From assembly GCF_000142905.1 (NCBI RefSeq), contig NW_013657650.1:66279-130278 (forward strand): DNA of 64,000 nucleotides, written 5' to 3'. This document shows, piece after piece, positions 53,575 to 64,000 of the stretch. Position 1 is the first letter of the stretch. Every line of letters begins with the position of its first letter. Source of the DNA: Thecamonas trahens ATCC 50062. Its lineage: Eukaryota; Protista; Apusomonadida. The position numbers and the translations under genes are program-made. The notes beneath the pieces were generated by a model. The model saw only the letters and a list, made by a program, of their open reading frames with translations. It searched no databases and was not told the origin of the DNA.

Positions 53575-54085
53575 CTGCATCCCCCTCCCGTTGTTTTGCC
53601 TCTGTAAGTCGGGCGCCATGCAAGCCCCTGCCCCCTATCCCTCCTCCCCGGCCATGACCATGCCCACGCCCACTCACCGCCGGTCCGACAGACTCACGTC
53701 ATCCTCGGCCCTTCCACCCCCCCCCCCCNNNNNNNNNNNNNNNNNNNNNNNNNNNNNNNNNNNNNNNNNNNNNNNNNNNNNNNNNNNNNNNNNNNNNNNN
53801 NNNNNNNNNNNNNNNNNNNNNNNNNNNNNNNNNNNNNNNNNNNNNNNNNNNNNNNNNNNNNNNNNNNNNNNNNNNNNNNNNNNNNNNNNNNNNNNNNNNN
53901 NNNNNNNNNNNNNNNNNNNNNNNNNNNNNNNNNNNNNNNNNNNNNNNNNNNNNNNNNNNNNNNNNNNNNNNNNNNNNNNNNNNNNNNNNNNNNNNNNNNN
54001 NNNNNNNNNNNNNNNNNNNNNNNNNNNNNNGGGGAGCAAAGACATGTGAGACTCATCATGATGTGAGAGGGGAGGGGGGCTACAG

Positions 54086-54811
54086 ATCGAGGGGATGGGC
54101 GATCTGATGGACGCGGACGAGAGGGCCTCGTACCGCAAGGAGGTCGAGCTGCTGCGGGATTTGCATCATCCCAACATTGTCCAGTTCTTCGAGTGGATCG
54201 AGTCGGACGACGGCGAGTATCTGTTCATTGTCATGGAGCTGGCACAGATCGGTGACCTGGCCAAGCTGATCAAGAAGGCACGGTCGCGTCGGAAGCCGCT
54301 GGTGGAGCGGACCATCTGGAAGCTGTTCTTCCAGATCACCGCCGGCCTCAAGCACATGCACGGCTCGCGGATCATGCACCGCGATCTCAAGCCGGCCAAC
54401 GTTTTTGTCTCGTCCGGCGGGCGAGTCAAGCTCGGCGACCTCGGCCTCGGTCGCAAGTTCTCGTCCAAGACTCGCGCCGCCGACTCGCTCGTCGGTACGC
54501 CGTACTACATGGCGCCCGAAAGGATCAACGAGTCGCCGTACGACTTTTCGTCGGACATCTGGTCGCTCGGCTGCTTGCTCTACGAGATGGCCGCGCTCCG
54601 CAACCCATTCTACGGTGAGGCCATGAACCTGTACACCCTCTGCGAGAAGATCGACGCGTGCGAGTACCCCGAACTGCCCGAGACCTACTCGGCGACGCTC
54701 CGCGACCTCGTCGCTGCCATCATCGTCCGCGACCCAGCCGCGCGCCCAAACGTGGGCGAGGTCTATGCCATAGCAAAGTCGATGGTCCAATCATACATGG
54801 AGGACGCATAG
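54086..54811 (+). CDS. NIMA-related kinase, NEK6/NEK7 subfamily; 5' exon missing in gap
   Basis: LMDADERASYRKEVELL, HRDLKPANVF, KLGDLGLGRKFSSKT, SLVGTPYYMAPERI and PFYGEAMNLYTLC match NEK6/7. The exon starts after CTACAG at 54085. Confidence 0.92.
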   Translation: MEGMGDLMDADERASYRKEVELLRDLHHPNIVQFFEWIESDDGEYLFIVMELAQIGDLAKLIKKARSRRKPLVERTIWKLFFQITAGLKHMHGSRIMHRDLKPANVFVSSGGRVKLGDLGLGRKFSSKTRAADSLVGTPYYMAPERINESPYDFSSDIWSLGCLLYEMAALRNPFYGEAMNLYTLCEKIDACEYPELPETYSATLRDLVAAIIVRDPAARPNVGEVYAIAKSMVQSYMEDA

Positions 54812-54864
54812 CATAACACAAGCCCAGCTTGCTCGCGCACTTTCTCTCGAGATACAGCGTCAGT

Positions 54865-55920
54865 TTAAGCTTCAGCGCGCAGGGGGAGGCCGGGTGCGCC
54901 GCCGACGCTGAGCCACTCGGCAACGCGCATGTTCTTGACGGTGACGGCGACGCGGAGCGGGGTGTCACCGTGCTTGTCGACGATCGACACGTCAGCGCCG
55001 CACTCGACGAGTGTCTGCACAACGGCAAAGCTATGGCGGGTGGCAGCGGCGATGTGGAGCGGGGTGGCACCGTCGTTGTCAGTAGCGTTGATGCTTGCTT
55101 TGCCTTCGGTGGCAAGCCAGTAGATGGCGTCGGTGTGGCGGTTCTGGGCAGCAATGTGCAGCGGCGTCATACCATCAAAAGAAGCCTTGTTGATGTCAGC
55201 CCTGCACTCGCGGACAAGCACCCGCAGCATGTCGACCCGTCCGCGCTCGGCAGCGAGGTACAAGGGGGTGGCGCCGCGGGCGTTGGTCGCGTTCACGTCG
55301 GCCCGGGCACGCTGGACAAGCCACTGGACAACGTCCGAGTGTCCGTTTTGCGCTGCGACGAGGAGCGGCGAGAGGCCGTGGCCGCCGACCCGGGCGCGGG
55401 CGGCGCAGACAAGCCACTCGATGACATCGACATGGCCGGTGTTGGCGGCGGCATACAGCGGAGTCCAGCAAGCGTCGTTAACCTTGTTCACATCGGCCTT
55501 GCCAACACGCACCAGGATCTTGACCATGTCCAGCGCGCCCATCATGGCGCACATCATCAGCGCCGTAAAGCCGCGGAAAATGGTCTTGTCGACGTCGGCC
55601 TTGGCCGTCTTGAGCAGCCAAACTACAAGCGATACGTGGCCGTGGACAGCAGCCACCACCAGCGGCGTCGAGCCAGCCGCGTTGATCTTGTTCACATCCC
55701 CACCGCCGCCGTCCTCGTTCACCAGCCACTGAACAACGTCCATGGCGCCGGCCTTGCTCGCCGCCGTCACCGCATCGACCAGAGCGCCGTCGACCACGAC
55801 CGAGACATCGACTGGTACGCCCTCGCCCACAAGCCGCTGCACAGTCGGCAGGTCGCCCGAGGCGGCGGAGCCCACAAGGGCAGACACAGCTGCAGATGAT
55901 ATTTTCTTGTCAGTAGTCAT
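54865..55920 (-). CDS. Ankyrin-repeat protein (about 9 repeats)
   Basis: GSTPLVVAA, WTPLYAAA, GATPLYLAA, GMTPLHIAA and GDTPLRVA. The likely start is MTTDKK at 55920. Confidence 0.9.
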   Translation of the reverse strand: MTTDKKISSAAVSALVGSAASGDLPTVQRLVGEGVPVDVSVVVDGALVDAVTAASKAGAMDVVQWLVNEDGGGGDVNKINAAGSTPLVVAAVHGHVSLVVWLLKTAKADVDKTIFRGFTALMMCAMMGALDMVKILVRVGKADVNKVNDACWTPLYAAANTGHVDVIEWLVCAARARVGGHGLSPLLVAAQNGHSDVVQWLVQRARADVNATNARGATPLYLAAERGRVDMLRVLVRECRADINKASFDGMTPLHIAAQNRHTDAIYWLATEGKASINATDNDGATPLHIAAATRHSFAVVQTLVECGADVSIVDKHGDTPLRVAVTVKNMRVAEWLSVGGAPGLPLRAEA

Positions 55921-56299
55921 CAAGCGGTACGTGTGTAAGAGGGTAGGTGCTTGGGAGGAGGAGGGGGGGAAGAGAGGCCGGAGAGTGTGTGGTCGGCGTG
56001 AGGTGAGTGGCGCCGAAAACAGCAACCATCTCAGTTAACAAACGTTGCTTATTGACGGTTCAAAAGTGACGAGTCAACGGCGCGGCGGTTTTTTCGCGCG
56101 CCCCGACGACGTCTTTTGCCCAAACGGGCAAATATGGGCGCCAAAACAAGCGGCAAGAAGAAAAAAAACGAGAGTCATCACCGCCGTCTGCGTTCAACGA
56201 GTGCCGATCCGAAGATGACATCATCACCGAGCTCATCATCCAACAGCGTCCGAACCGATTGCAGGCGGTGGCATCAGGAGTTCACCTGCGTGGCGCTTG

Positions 56300-57950
56300 C
56301 TGTAGCACATGTCCTTTGTTGCTGGGAAGGGAATGGCTGATGTTGGGCCAGAGTGGGCGCTCTCAGCTGAGACGCTACGGTGCGGCGACGATCTCCACGT
56401 CACGCAGAAGTCTACCGATTGATTGGTATTGCTACTGGAGCGGTGTGTCTCATTGTGACGCGCATGACCATGTGTGTGGTGCCGAATAAGATGGGCGCGG
56501 CTTGCTGCTGGGGAGTGAAACGCGCCGTGGATAGGAGCCTGGCAGCGAGCGCGTATGATCAGCAGATCCGAGCAAAAATTGTTCGAGTTTGGAAGAGGTG
56601 CTTCGTGGATAAGCTCGACGTCGAGGTCAACGTTGCGTGCGATGTTGATGGGGTCAGCTACTCCCCGCTTCTCTCCGCTGAGCGTTGTGGCTATGATACA
56701 TGGTAGCATCGATCCTGAGGTCAAGGCCGAGATGGACGTGGCAGATTCTCGAGCAAAGTCGATGACGCCAGCGATTTCAGCTCGTCCCGTACATGCAGCA
56801 CGAGCGGTGACGACGACGGCGATGAGCTGAGCTGGAGCAGCCGTCACCTTTTGAGATAGTGCTTGAGGAACGAAAGCTACTTCTCTTTGATCTGGACATC
56901 TTTCGGGCGGACAATCCGTTGGCGGTGCTGCGGACGTCCATCCGGGACCACGTCACCAACTTGTGGACTCGATCCCAGGAGACAGGGGAACTTGCCGTCG
57001 ACGGAGTTTTTCTGACAGTGGTGTCCAAGGGCGTCTTCAAGGCCAGCGCCGATGAAGCGCATGACTCGTTCGATGTGCTCTTTATGGATGACGGAGCACG
57101 GCGCGTGAACTTGGGCCTCCTCTACGCCAACGACGCGGAACGCATGGAGCTTGGCTGCTGATGTGGACGTGACGGTGACGAAGCAAGACGCACTTGAACC
57201 TCATCATGCAGTACCAAGGGCAGGTAGACGTTAGTAACGGTGAGCGCGAGGATAGGCCGCTACTTGCGTCCCTCAACTCGGGCCCTGGCACCGTGTGCAC
57301 TACTCGTGGAGTCCAGGACTGAGTTCCACTCCGATAGGAGCACTCGAATCCCCTATGTGCGGCGGTACCTCGTGCGGGGCGTCCGCTGGGAGGTGCAGCT
57401 ATCACTTTGACTGCACTGGGAGTGCAGCTGAAAAGCTTGACCTCATCGTGTCGCGGGGGTCCGGTATGGGGTTGCGCCGCCTCGCTTCGTCCGCGTGCAG
57501 ACGGAGTGTGCCACAGACTCGTCTTGGAACTGTTTTCTTTGCCGGATGCAGATCGACTCACCCACGACAATCCTCGATCTGCACGACACCAAGAATGTCC
57601 GTCGTCTTTGCCCCGGCGCGTAAACAACGGTTTTCTTCAACGCACCGAGGCTGGGTACCGACATGCGGCCGCCACCTGCGACGACACGTCGTCGTCGACC
57701 GCGTGCGGTAGCGATGGCATTCAACTCAAGACTCTCAGGGGACGACACGCTGTCGACGTCATCCGACGCCAAACATGATACAACGCGTCCAGTTGATTGG
57801 TGTGACATCCACGCGCACGGCTATCTCCTCCGCATCTTGTGCACACCGCCGGACCTGCGCGTAAGCGGCGCGCGTCGTTGCGACGACGTCCCCCAGCTGT
57901 CGCGGAGCATCGATCACGACACATTGTCCACTCCGCCACATGGTCTAACC
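56300..57950 (+). pseudogene. Possible decayed gene of unknown family
   Basis: An unusually long gene-free interval with short protein-like fragments in shifting frames (e.g. 56859..57161). No recognisable motif. Confidence 0.25.
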
Positions 57951-58155
57951 ACTTGATGGGGGGCCAGTGACTGTTCCCACTCACATGTGCGAGGCGCAAG
58001 TGGCGTGTGCTAGTCGCTGTCATGTGCCAGGGCCTCTCCTCCTGCGGCTGTGTCTGCAAGTCACGTGACCACCGCTGTGCCAGTCCGAGTGTTAGGCGTC
58101 CAGAGCGGCTCCACCCCAGCGGACGCCTCAGCTACGACACACTACTCTCACCATC

Positions 58156-59650
58156 ATGCTTAAGACTCTTTGCATTGTGGCGCTTATTGCTGCCGTGGCG
58201 ACCGCCAACCTCGTCCACATCCCGCTCGTTCACAAGTACGCTCCACCGCATTCCCCATCCCCCCCCCCCCCCCCCCCCTCCCCCCACCCTTGCGCCGCCG
58301 TCTCTGCCAATGGATCCCTTTCTGCGAAAATTATTTTCATCGCTTTTTCGCGGGCGACCTGCGACCCACCCACTCCCCCCCCCTCCCCCCCCCCCTCCCC
58401 CCTCCCCTCACTCACATACCCATACCCATACAATGTCATAGGGAGCGCTCGGCTGGGTACGCCCAGGAGCTCATCGAGATCGATGCTCTCCGCCAGCAGG
58501 GCTTCTTCAAGGACCTGTCTGCTGCGCCCAAGGCGTCGCAGGCTACCCTCCCGCTCATGAACAACGAGGACCTCGACTACACCGGCATCGTCCAGATCGG
58601 CACCCCCGGCCAGTCGTTCTCGCTTGTATGTTGCTGCTCCTGCTCCCCTCTCCCTCCCCTTCCCTCCCTCCCCCCCCTCCCACTCACCCTTTTCACTCTA
58701 CAGGACTTTGACACCGGCTCGTCCAACCTCTGGATCGCCTCCACCGCTTGCTCCGGCTGCGGCTTCACGTACGTACCCTGCATGCCTTGACCACTCGCCT
58801 TGTACCCCTCTCTCCCCTCCCGCAATCTCTCACCCCTTCCCCTGGTCACAGCAACTACTTCAACGAGTCGGCCTCGACGACCTTCCAGAAGAACGGCCAG
58901 AACTTCCAGATCACCTACGGCTCCGGCTTTGTGTCGGGCACTCTGGCTGCTGACACCATCGACATTGCCGGCCTCGTCGGCACTGATGTCACCTTTGGCA
59001 TTGTGAACCAGGCTTCGGGCTTCAACGGCGCCGGCATTGACGGCCTCCTCGGCCTCGCCTACAAGTCGATCTCGGCTGACCAGGTCCCGCCGGTCTTTGA
59101 CGTCATCGCCAAGCAGAACGGCCTCAACAACATTGTCTCGTTCTACCTCTCGTCGGACTCGTCGACCAACGGTGCCCTCACCTTTGGCGGCCTCAACTCG
59201 CAGTACTACAAGGGTACCCCGACGTACACCAAGGTCACGCACCAGCAGTGGTGGGTCATCAAGGGTGAGTCGATCGACGTCGGCTCGACCCGCGCTGTCG
59301 GCGGCCTCTTCGGCTTCTCGGCCATTGTTGACTCGGGCACCTCGCTCCTCATTGTCTCGCCGTCTGCTGCCCGCACCATCACCGACAAGGTGACCGTCAA
59401 CCAGGACTGCTCCGGCATCGAGTCGAACCCCTCGCTCACCGTCACCATCGAGAAGCAGGCCTTCACCATCACCCCCGACCAGTACGTCGTCAAGCTCTCC
59501 CAGCAGGGCCAGACCCAGTGCATTCTCGGCATCCAGGGCGCTACCCTCTCGTCCGAGTTCTCGGTCATCCTCGGCGACGTCTTCATGCGCACCGTCTACA
59601 CTGTCTTTGACAAGGACTCGTCGCGCGTCGGCTTTGCCCAGCTCGCTTAA
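58156..59650 (+). CDS. Pepsin/cathepsin D-family (A1) aspartic protease, 4 exons
   Basis: Signal peptide, IGTPGQSF, FDTGSSNLW, ITYGSG, DGLLGL, IVDSGTS and ILGDVFMR. Introns 58236-58441, 58626-58703 and 58769-58851 are all GT-AG and phase-compatible. Confidence 0.95.
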
Positions 59651-59745
59651 GCGCGCTGCTTCGGCAACGACACAGCCATCGTAAACCGATTCAAGTTTTC
59701 TCCCGCTCAGGAATGCGTACTGTGTGTGAAGAGAGAGTGTGTGTA

Positions 59746-62700
59746 CTACTCGGGCTGCGGCACAAAGACCACGTCGCTGTACCACTTGCGCAGCTGCTGG
59801 CCCCAGACTGCGGCGCTGCCCACAACAATGCCCATGCTGAGGAAGAAGAACGGCGCGGCGTCGATCTCGCCATCGTAGACCTCTGCGATGGCGGCCTCGG
59901 TGGCGGCCCAGTCAAAGCCGATCTCGATCTGGCGAACGAGCGGGTGGGGGACGAGCGCGCCGCCGGTCCCGCGCCCGAGGTCGACCTTGACCTCGCCGAG
60001 CTCAGTCCCGGCGCCCGAGACCAGGGAAACGTCGTACCGCTTGAGCGGGAGGTCGCCGAGGTAAAAGTAGCGGGTGTCGTCGAGGGCGACGCGTGCGGCC
60101 TCGGCACCGGACTTGGCGTCGGAGACGAGGACGGCGAGGCCGGCGACGTTCCCGGCTCCACCGACGCTGCCCGAGATGGCACCGGCCTGCACTGTGGGTG
60201 CGGTGACAAACTCGACGCCGGTCACGTCGGCCTTGCCCAGCGCAACCGTCATCGACTCGGGAAGCGTCGCGAGGCCGTCATCGCTGACCACGGCGACGGT
60301 GTACTCGGCGCCCGGCGCGAGGCCGCGGAGCCGGAACGCACCCGTGGCCGACGTGACAGCCGTCTCGACGACGTCGCCGTCGGCAGACTTGGCCTCGATT
60401 CGCGCGCCGCGGACCGCGCCGCCCGAGAGCGCCGCCACCGAGCCGTAGATGGACCACGCGACGCGGGTGGCACCAAAGGCGGCCTCCGCCTGCTGACCCT
60501 CGACCACCGTCACCTGCACCGCCCGCGGCTCAAACTCGTACTCCTTCATGGCCACAGTGAGGTAGTACTCGCCGGGCATGAGCTCGTCAAAGACCTTGGT
60601 GCCGTCGGCGTCCGAGCCGACGTTCGACCGGAACTCGTCGCCCGAGAGCGAGAGCAGGACGCCTCCCACCGAGTCGGTCGAGACCGCGAGCGAGCCGAGC
60701 TGGACCGACTTGAGCGTGTACTCGCCGTCGGCGCCAGCCTGGCTGATCTTAAAGTGGAAGCCGGCCTTGGCTGCCGTCAGCGTGTACGCCTCGTCGGCAA
60801 AGAGCGGGCCGAGCGTGAACTTGCCGTCGGCGCCGGTCTCGGTCGTGGCGATCGCGGCTCCAGAGGTGAGGGCCGCGACCGAGATGCCGGCCATCGCCGG
60901 CGTCGACGCACCCGAGAGGTAGATACCGCGGACAGCGGCAAAGCCGTCGACTGCCGGCGGGCACTTGGTCGCACCCGCGCCGACGACCACCGTCCGCGAC
61001 GCAGGCTTGAACAGGAGCACCCCAGTCGGCTGCGGCGCGAGAACAAGCTCGGCGCCCGCGCCAAACTTGGCGAGCACCCGGTAGCCAAACGCGTCGCTGC
61101 CCGGAACGCGGGTTGCCGTGACCACCGTGTCGGCCGCGGCGCTGCCGGAGACGGCAACGGCAACCGACGTGAGCTCCGCCCCAAGGGTGTCGGCGACGGT
61201 GATCTGCCCGGTCACCGCCACGGCCGTGGCGGTGAGCGCAAGAGGCGACCCGGCGTCGGCGGCCGTGTCAAAGCTCACTTGGCTGCCGAGCGAAAAGCAC
61301 GATGCCGGCGAAGAGGCGAGGCGGTAGATGCCGGGCTCGGCGAGGCAGGTCTCGGCCTCGCCGGCGGTGACCTCAAAGCCGGAAGCAACCTCGCCCGACG
61401 CCACGTGGGTAACATCGAGGACCATGTCGTGCGAGGCGACGGTGACGAGCTTGAAGCCGCGCTGGACAAAGGTCGGCCCGGCGAGCGGGCTCGCGGCGTC
61501 ACGAGCGACGACCACAGGCGCCGACTCGTCGACAAAGCACCAGGCGTCGCCGGGTGCGGCGACGGTGAGCGTGTACTCACCGGGCAGGACGCGGGCGAGC
61601 GTGTACTCGCCCGAGGGCGCAACGGTGGCGACGGCGCCGCCGGGCGAGGCAGAGACAGTCACGCCGGCGGCGCACGGGGTCGAGAGGCACGCGACGGTGC
61701 CGCGGACATCGATGGTGCTCTGCGAAAACACAACACGCGCCGGGACGGCGTCGTCGACGGTCACCGTGGCGGTGCTCGGAAGGATGACGAGGCCAGCGGC
61801 GGCGTCGGCTGCCGAGACCTCGACAGAAACGACGTAGGCGCCCGGCGCAGCCTCAAAGCAGAACGAGCCGTCGGCCTTGACCACGGTCCGCTCCACCTCG
61901 GCGCCGTCGGCCGAAGCAAGCTTGACGCCACGGCCGGCGGCGGCAAAGTCGGCCGAGAGCTCGACCGAGCCGCACACAGCGTAGCCGGTCACCACCAGAT
62001 TGGCCAGCTTGGGCGTTGCCGACGAGACCGCGAGTGCCTGGAGCGAGGTGAAGAACACGCCATCCTTGGCGGCGGCCAGCTCGTACGAGCCGTCCGCGAC
62101 CTTGGTCATGGCGTAGAAGCCATCAGGCCCCGTCACAGTCGCGTGCTCGCCGTCGAGCGTCACGGTAGCACCGGCGACGCCCTTGCCCTTGGCGTTGACC
62201 ACGCGTCCGGTGACGGTAAAGCCGGTGATCTTGAATGCCGCGCCGAGGTTGACGGCCGGCGTTCCGGTGACAGCGACCGGGAGCGAGGTCGGGGCAAGGT
62301 CAAACGAGGCCTGCGCCGTCGAGTGGTGCGGAACGAGGACGTAGTCGCCGCAGGGGATGCCACGGAAGGCAAACTTGCCGTCGTCGTCGGTGGCGCCGAC
62401 GCACACGACAGACAACGCGCCGCCTGCCGGCGCCAGAGCCGCCAGCTCCTCCTCGGTCAGCGGCTTGTCGAGCGTGGTCAGTGGCTGGCACTGTGTCGAG
62501 GCGGCGGCAGAGGCCGCGCCAAAGACAACAACAGCAACACCAGCCGTGCCGGAGCCGCCAGAGCCGGCGACAGCGCCAGAGACGGTGAAGCCGGTGGCTA
62601 GGAGCGCGTCGCCAGTGAGCGCCATCGACTCGTAGCCAACCTCGAGCTTGCCGGCCGGAACGACGCCATCGTTGGGCGAGAATGCCATGGTGTCGTGAGC

Positions 62701-63935
62701 GGCAACAAGCGAGTAGCTCGCCGTCGGAACACCAGCAAAGGCAAACGAGCCGTCCACGCTAGCGCGGACCGAGCCGAGACGCGCGCCGGTGGCCGTGTTG
62801 ATGAGCGAGACCTTAGTGCCCGCGAGCGAGCCTGGTGCCGGGCACGCCTCATCGACGCCGACCGTGCCGGACACGCCAAAGCCGTCAAACGAGAAAACGA
62901 CGTCGTCACCGCCGTTGCACACGCCGTCGGCCGAGATCGCAACCCGGACGCCGTTGGCCGGCGAAAAGTGCCAGCCGGACGGGCCGTCCGCGTGCAGCAT
63001 GTGGAGCGGTGCTTGGGCGAGGTCAGCAGCAGGCACAAAGAAGTAGCCCGTCGGCGCCACCGGAACCGACACAGCCGCAACGCCCGACGGGTCGCGCGCC
63101 ACGATCGAGACCGTCGACAGGTCAAAGGCGCCCTTAGGGGCGCTGTTTGTGAGGGAAGGCGGAGAGGGGGGGGGGGGGGGGTGAGTGAGAGCGAGACAGT
63201 AGACGATCGATCAGCAGCCACAGCCGCAGCCGCAACCAGTTGCGGTCAGCGATCGCATCCATCGCAGGCACCGGCCATCGCAGGCATCAGCGCGTCCAGT
63301 CGCGTCCAGTCGCTCATGCCCAGATCGTCCCAGGTCTGCCCACAGGCACATCCATATCCATATCCATGACCCTTCCCTCCACAAGGCCAGATGGAAGTGG
63401 CGGTTACAGGAGCGAGAGCTGTGGCAGGTGGCGGGTGGTGGGCGAGGGAGCGACGATGGCGGGCGATGGCGGGCGACGGGCGGCGGAGTGGCGACGGGCG
63501 GCGGAGTGGAGTGGCGGCGGACGAGCGAGTGGGGGAGGCAGGACGGCGACCGACAGAGTACGCGGCGGGCTGGAGGGGGCGGTATGTGGGGTGTGGGAGC
63601 AAGAGTGGTATGGCAGAGAAGAAGAGGATCCAGAGAATACGGCAGTGTGTGTGATGGAGAGTGGGGAGGGGAAAAGGGGAGGGAGCGGCGCGGAAGGAGA
63701 GGGAGGGGAGGAGGAGTTTTTGGGGAGGGACATCCACGGAGACGGAGTGTGTGTCCGGGGGGGGGGAGGGGGGGGGATGGGGATGGGTATATGGGGACAG
63801 ACAGGGAACGTACCCCTTGAGGGTGGATGGGATGGTAATCACACCAGAGCAGCCAGAGACTTCATCTGCCGCAGTAATAACCACACAAGCGCTCATAAGA
63901 GCCACCAACACCACCACGATGTGTCCGCAAGTCAT
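59746..63935 (-). CDS. NOMO1: Nodal modulator (NOMO)-like ER membrane protein, 2 exons
   Basis: Signal peptide plus DEVSGCSGVI. Intron 63813-63143 (GTACGT..AAACAG) is phase-compatible. Motifs include APTGYFF.P, GPSGWHFSP, VLLSLSG and GEYYL..AMKEYEFEP, then serial beta-sandwich domains and a C-terminal TM. Confidence 0.88.
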
Positions 63936-64000
63936 GGTGCAGGGCAAACCGAGCCAAGTGTGAGCTGCCGAGACGCAGACTCTACGGCTGTCCACCCCCC

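Noticed and set aside
54086-54811. NEK7 as a functional partner of the STAND protein, by analogy to NLRP3
   Set aside because: It is 40 kb away among housekeeping genes. NEK7 binding is known for the NACHT-LRR protein NLRP3, not for NB-ARC-WD40 proteins.
59713-62601. 962-aa ORF antisense to NOMO (and similar long antisense ORFs at 19385..20995 and 39384..40967)
   Set aside because: These are shadow ORFs caused by high GC and codon bias, with no motifs.

Overview
This is GC-rich, gene-dense eukaryotic nuclear DNA, not prokaryotic. It has GT-AG introns near gene 5' ends, very short convergent intergenic spacers and five assembly gaps. The gene content and style fit a unicellular flagellate; an apusomonad such as Thecamonas is my guess, but I cannot verify it. 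About 25 protein-coding genes are supported. Housekeeping-type genes include ERdj3-like DnaJ, a CRT-family transporter, RPAP1, a CNBP-like zinc-knuckle protein, AP endonuclease, RFWD3, NEK6/7, a pepsin-family protease and NOMO. The most striking element is a co-oriented block at 6.0-22.6 kb. It starts with a giant Apaf-1-like STAND protein in which a TKL kinase replaces the CARD and villin/gelsolin repeats plus a UBR-like zinc finger follow the WD40 sensor. Next come an ankyrin-PH-TKL kinase, a surface receptor with a degenerate class III nucleotide cyclase, and a bacterial-type PARG. Other oddities are a PX domain fused to a PHF5-like zinc cluster, and an actinin-type actin-binding giant coiled coil with 15/11-residue repeats. 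Five single-base frame breaks all sit in homopolymers and are most likely sequencing errors. I found no rRNA, tRNA, CRISPR array or transposase. All domain calls come from motif recognition by eye; no database searches were run.
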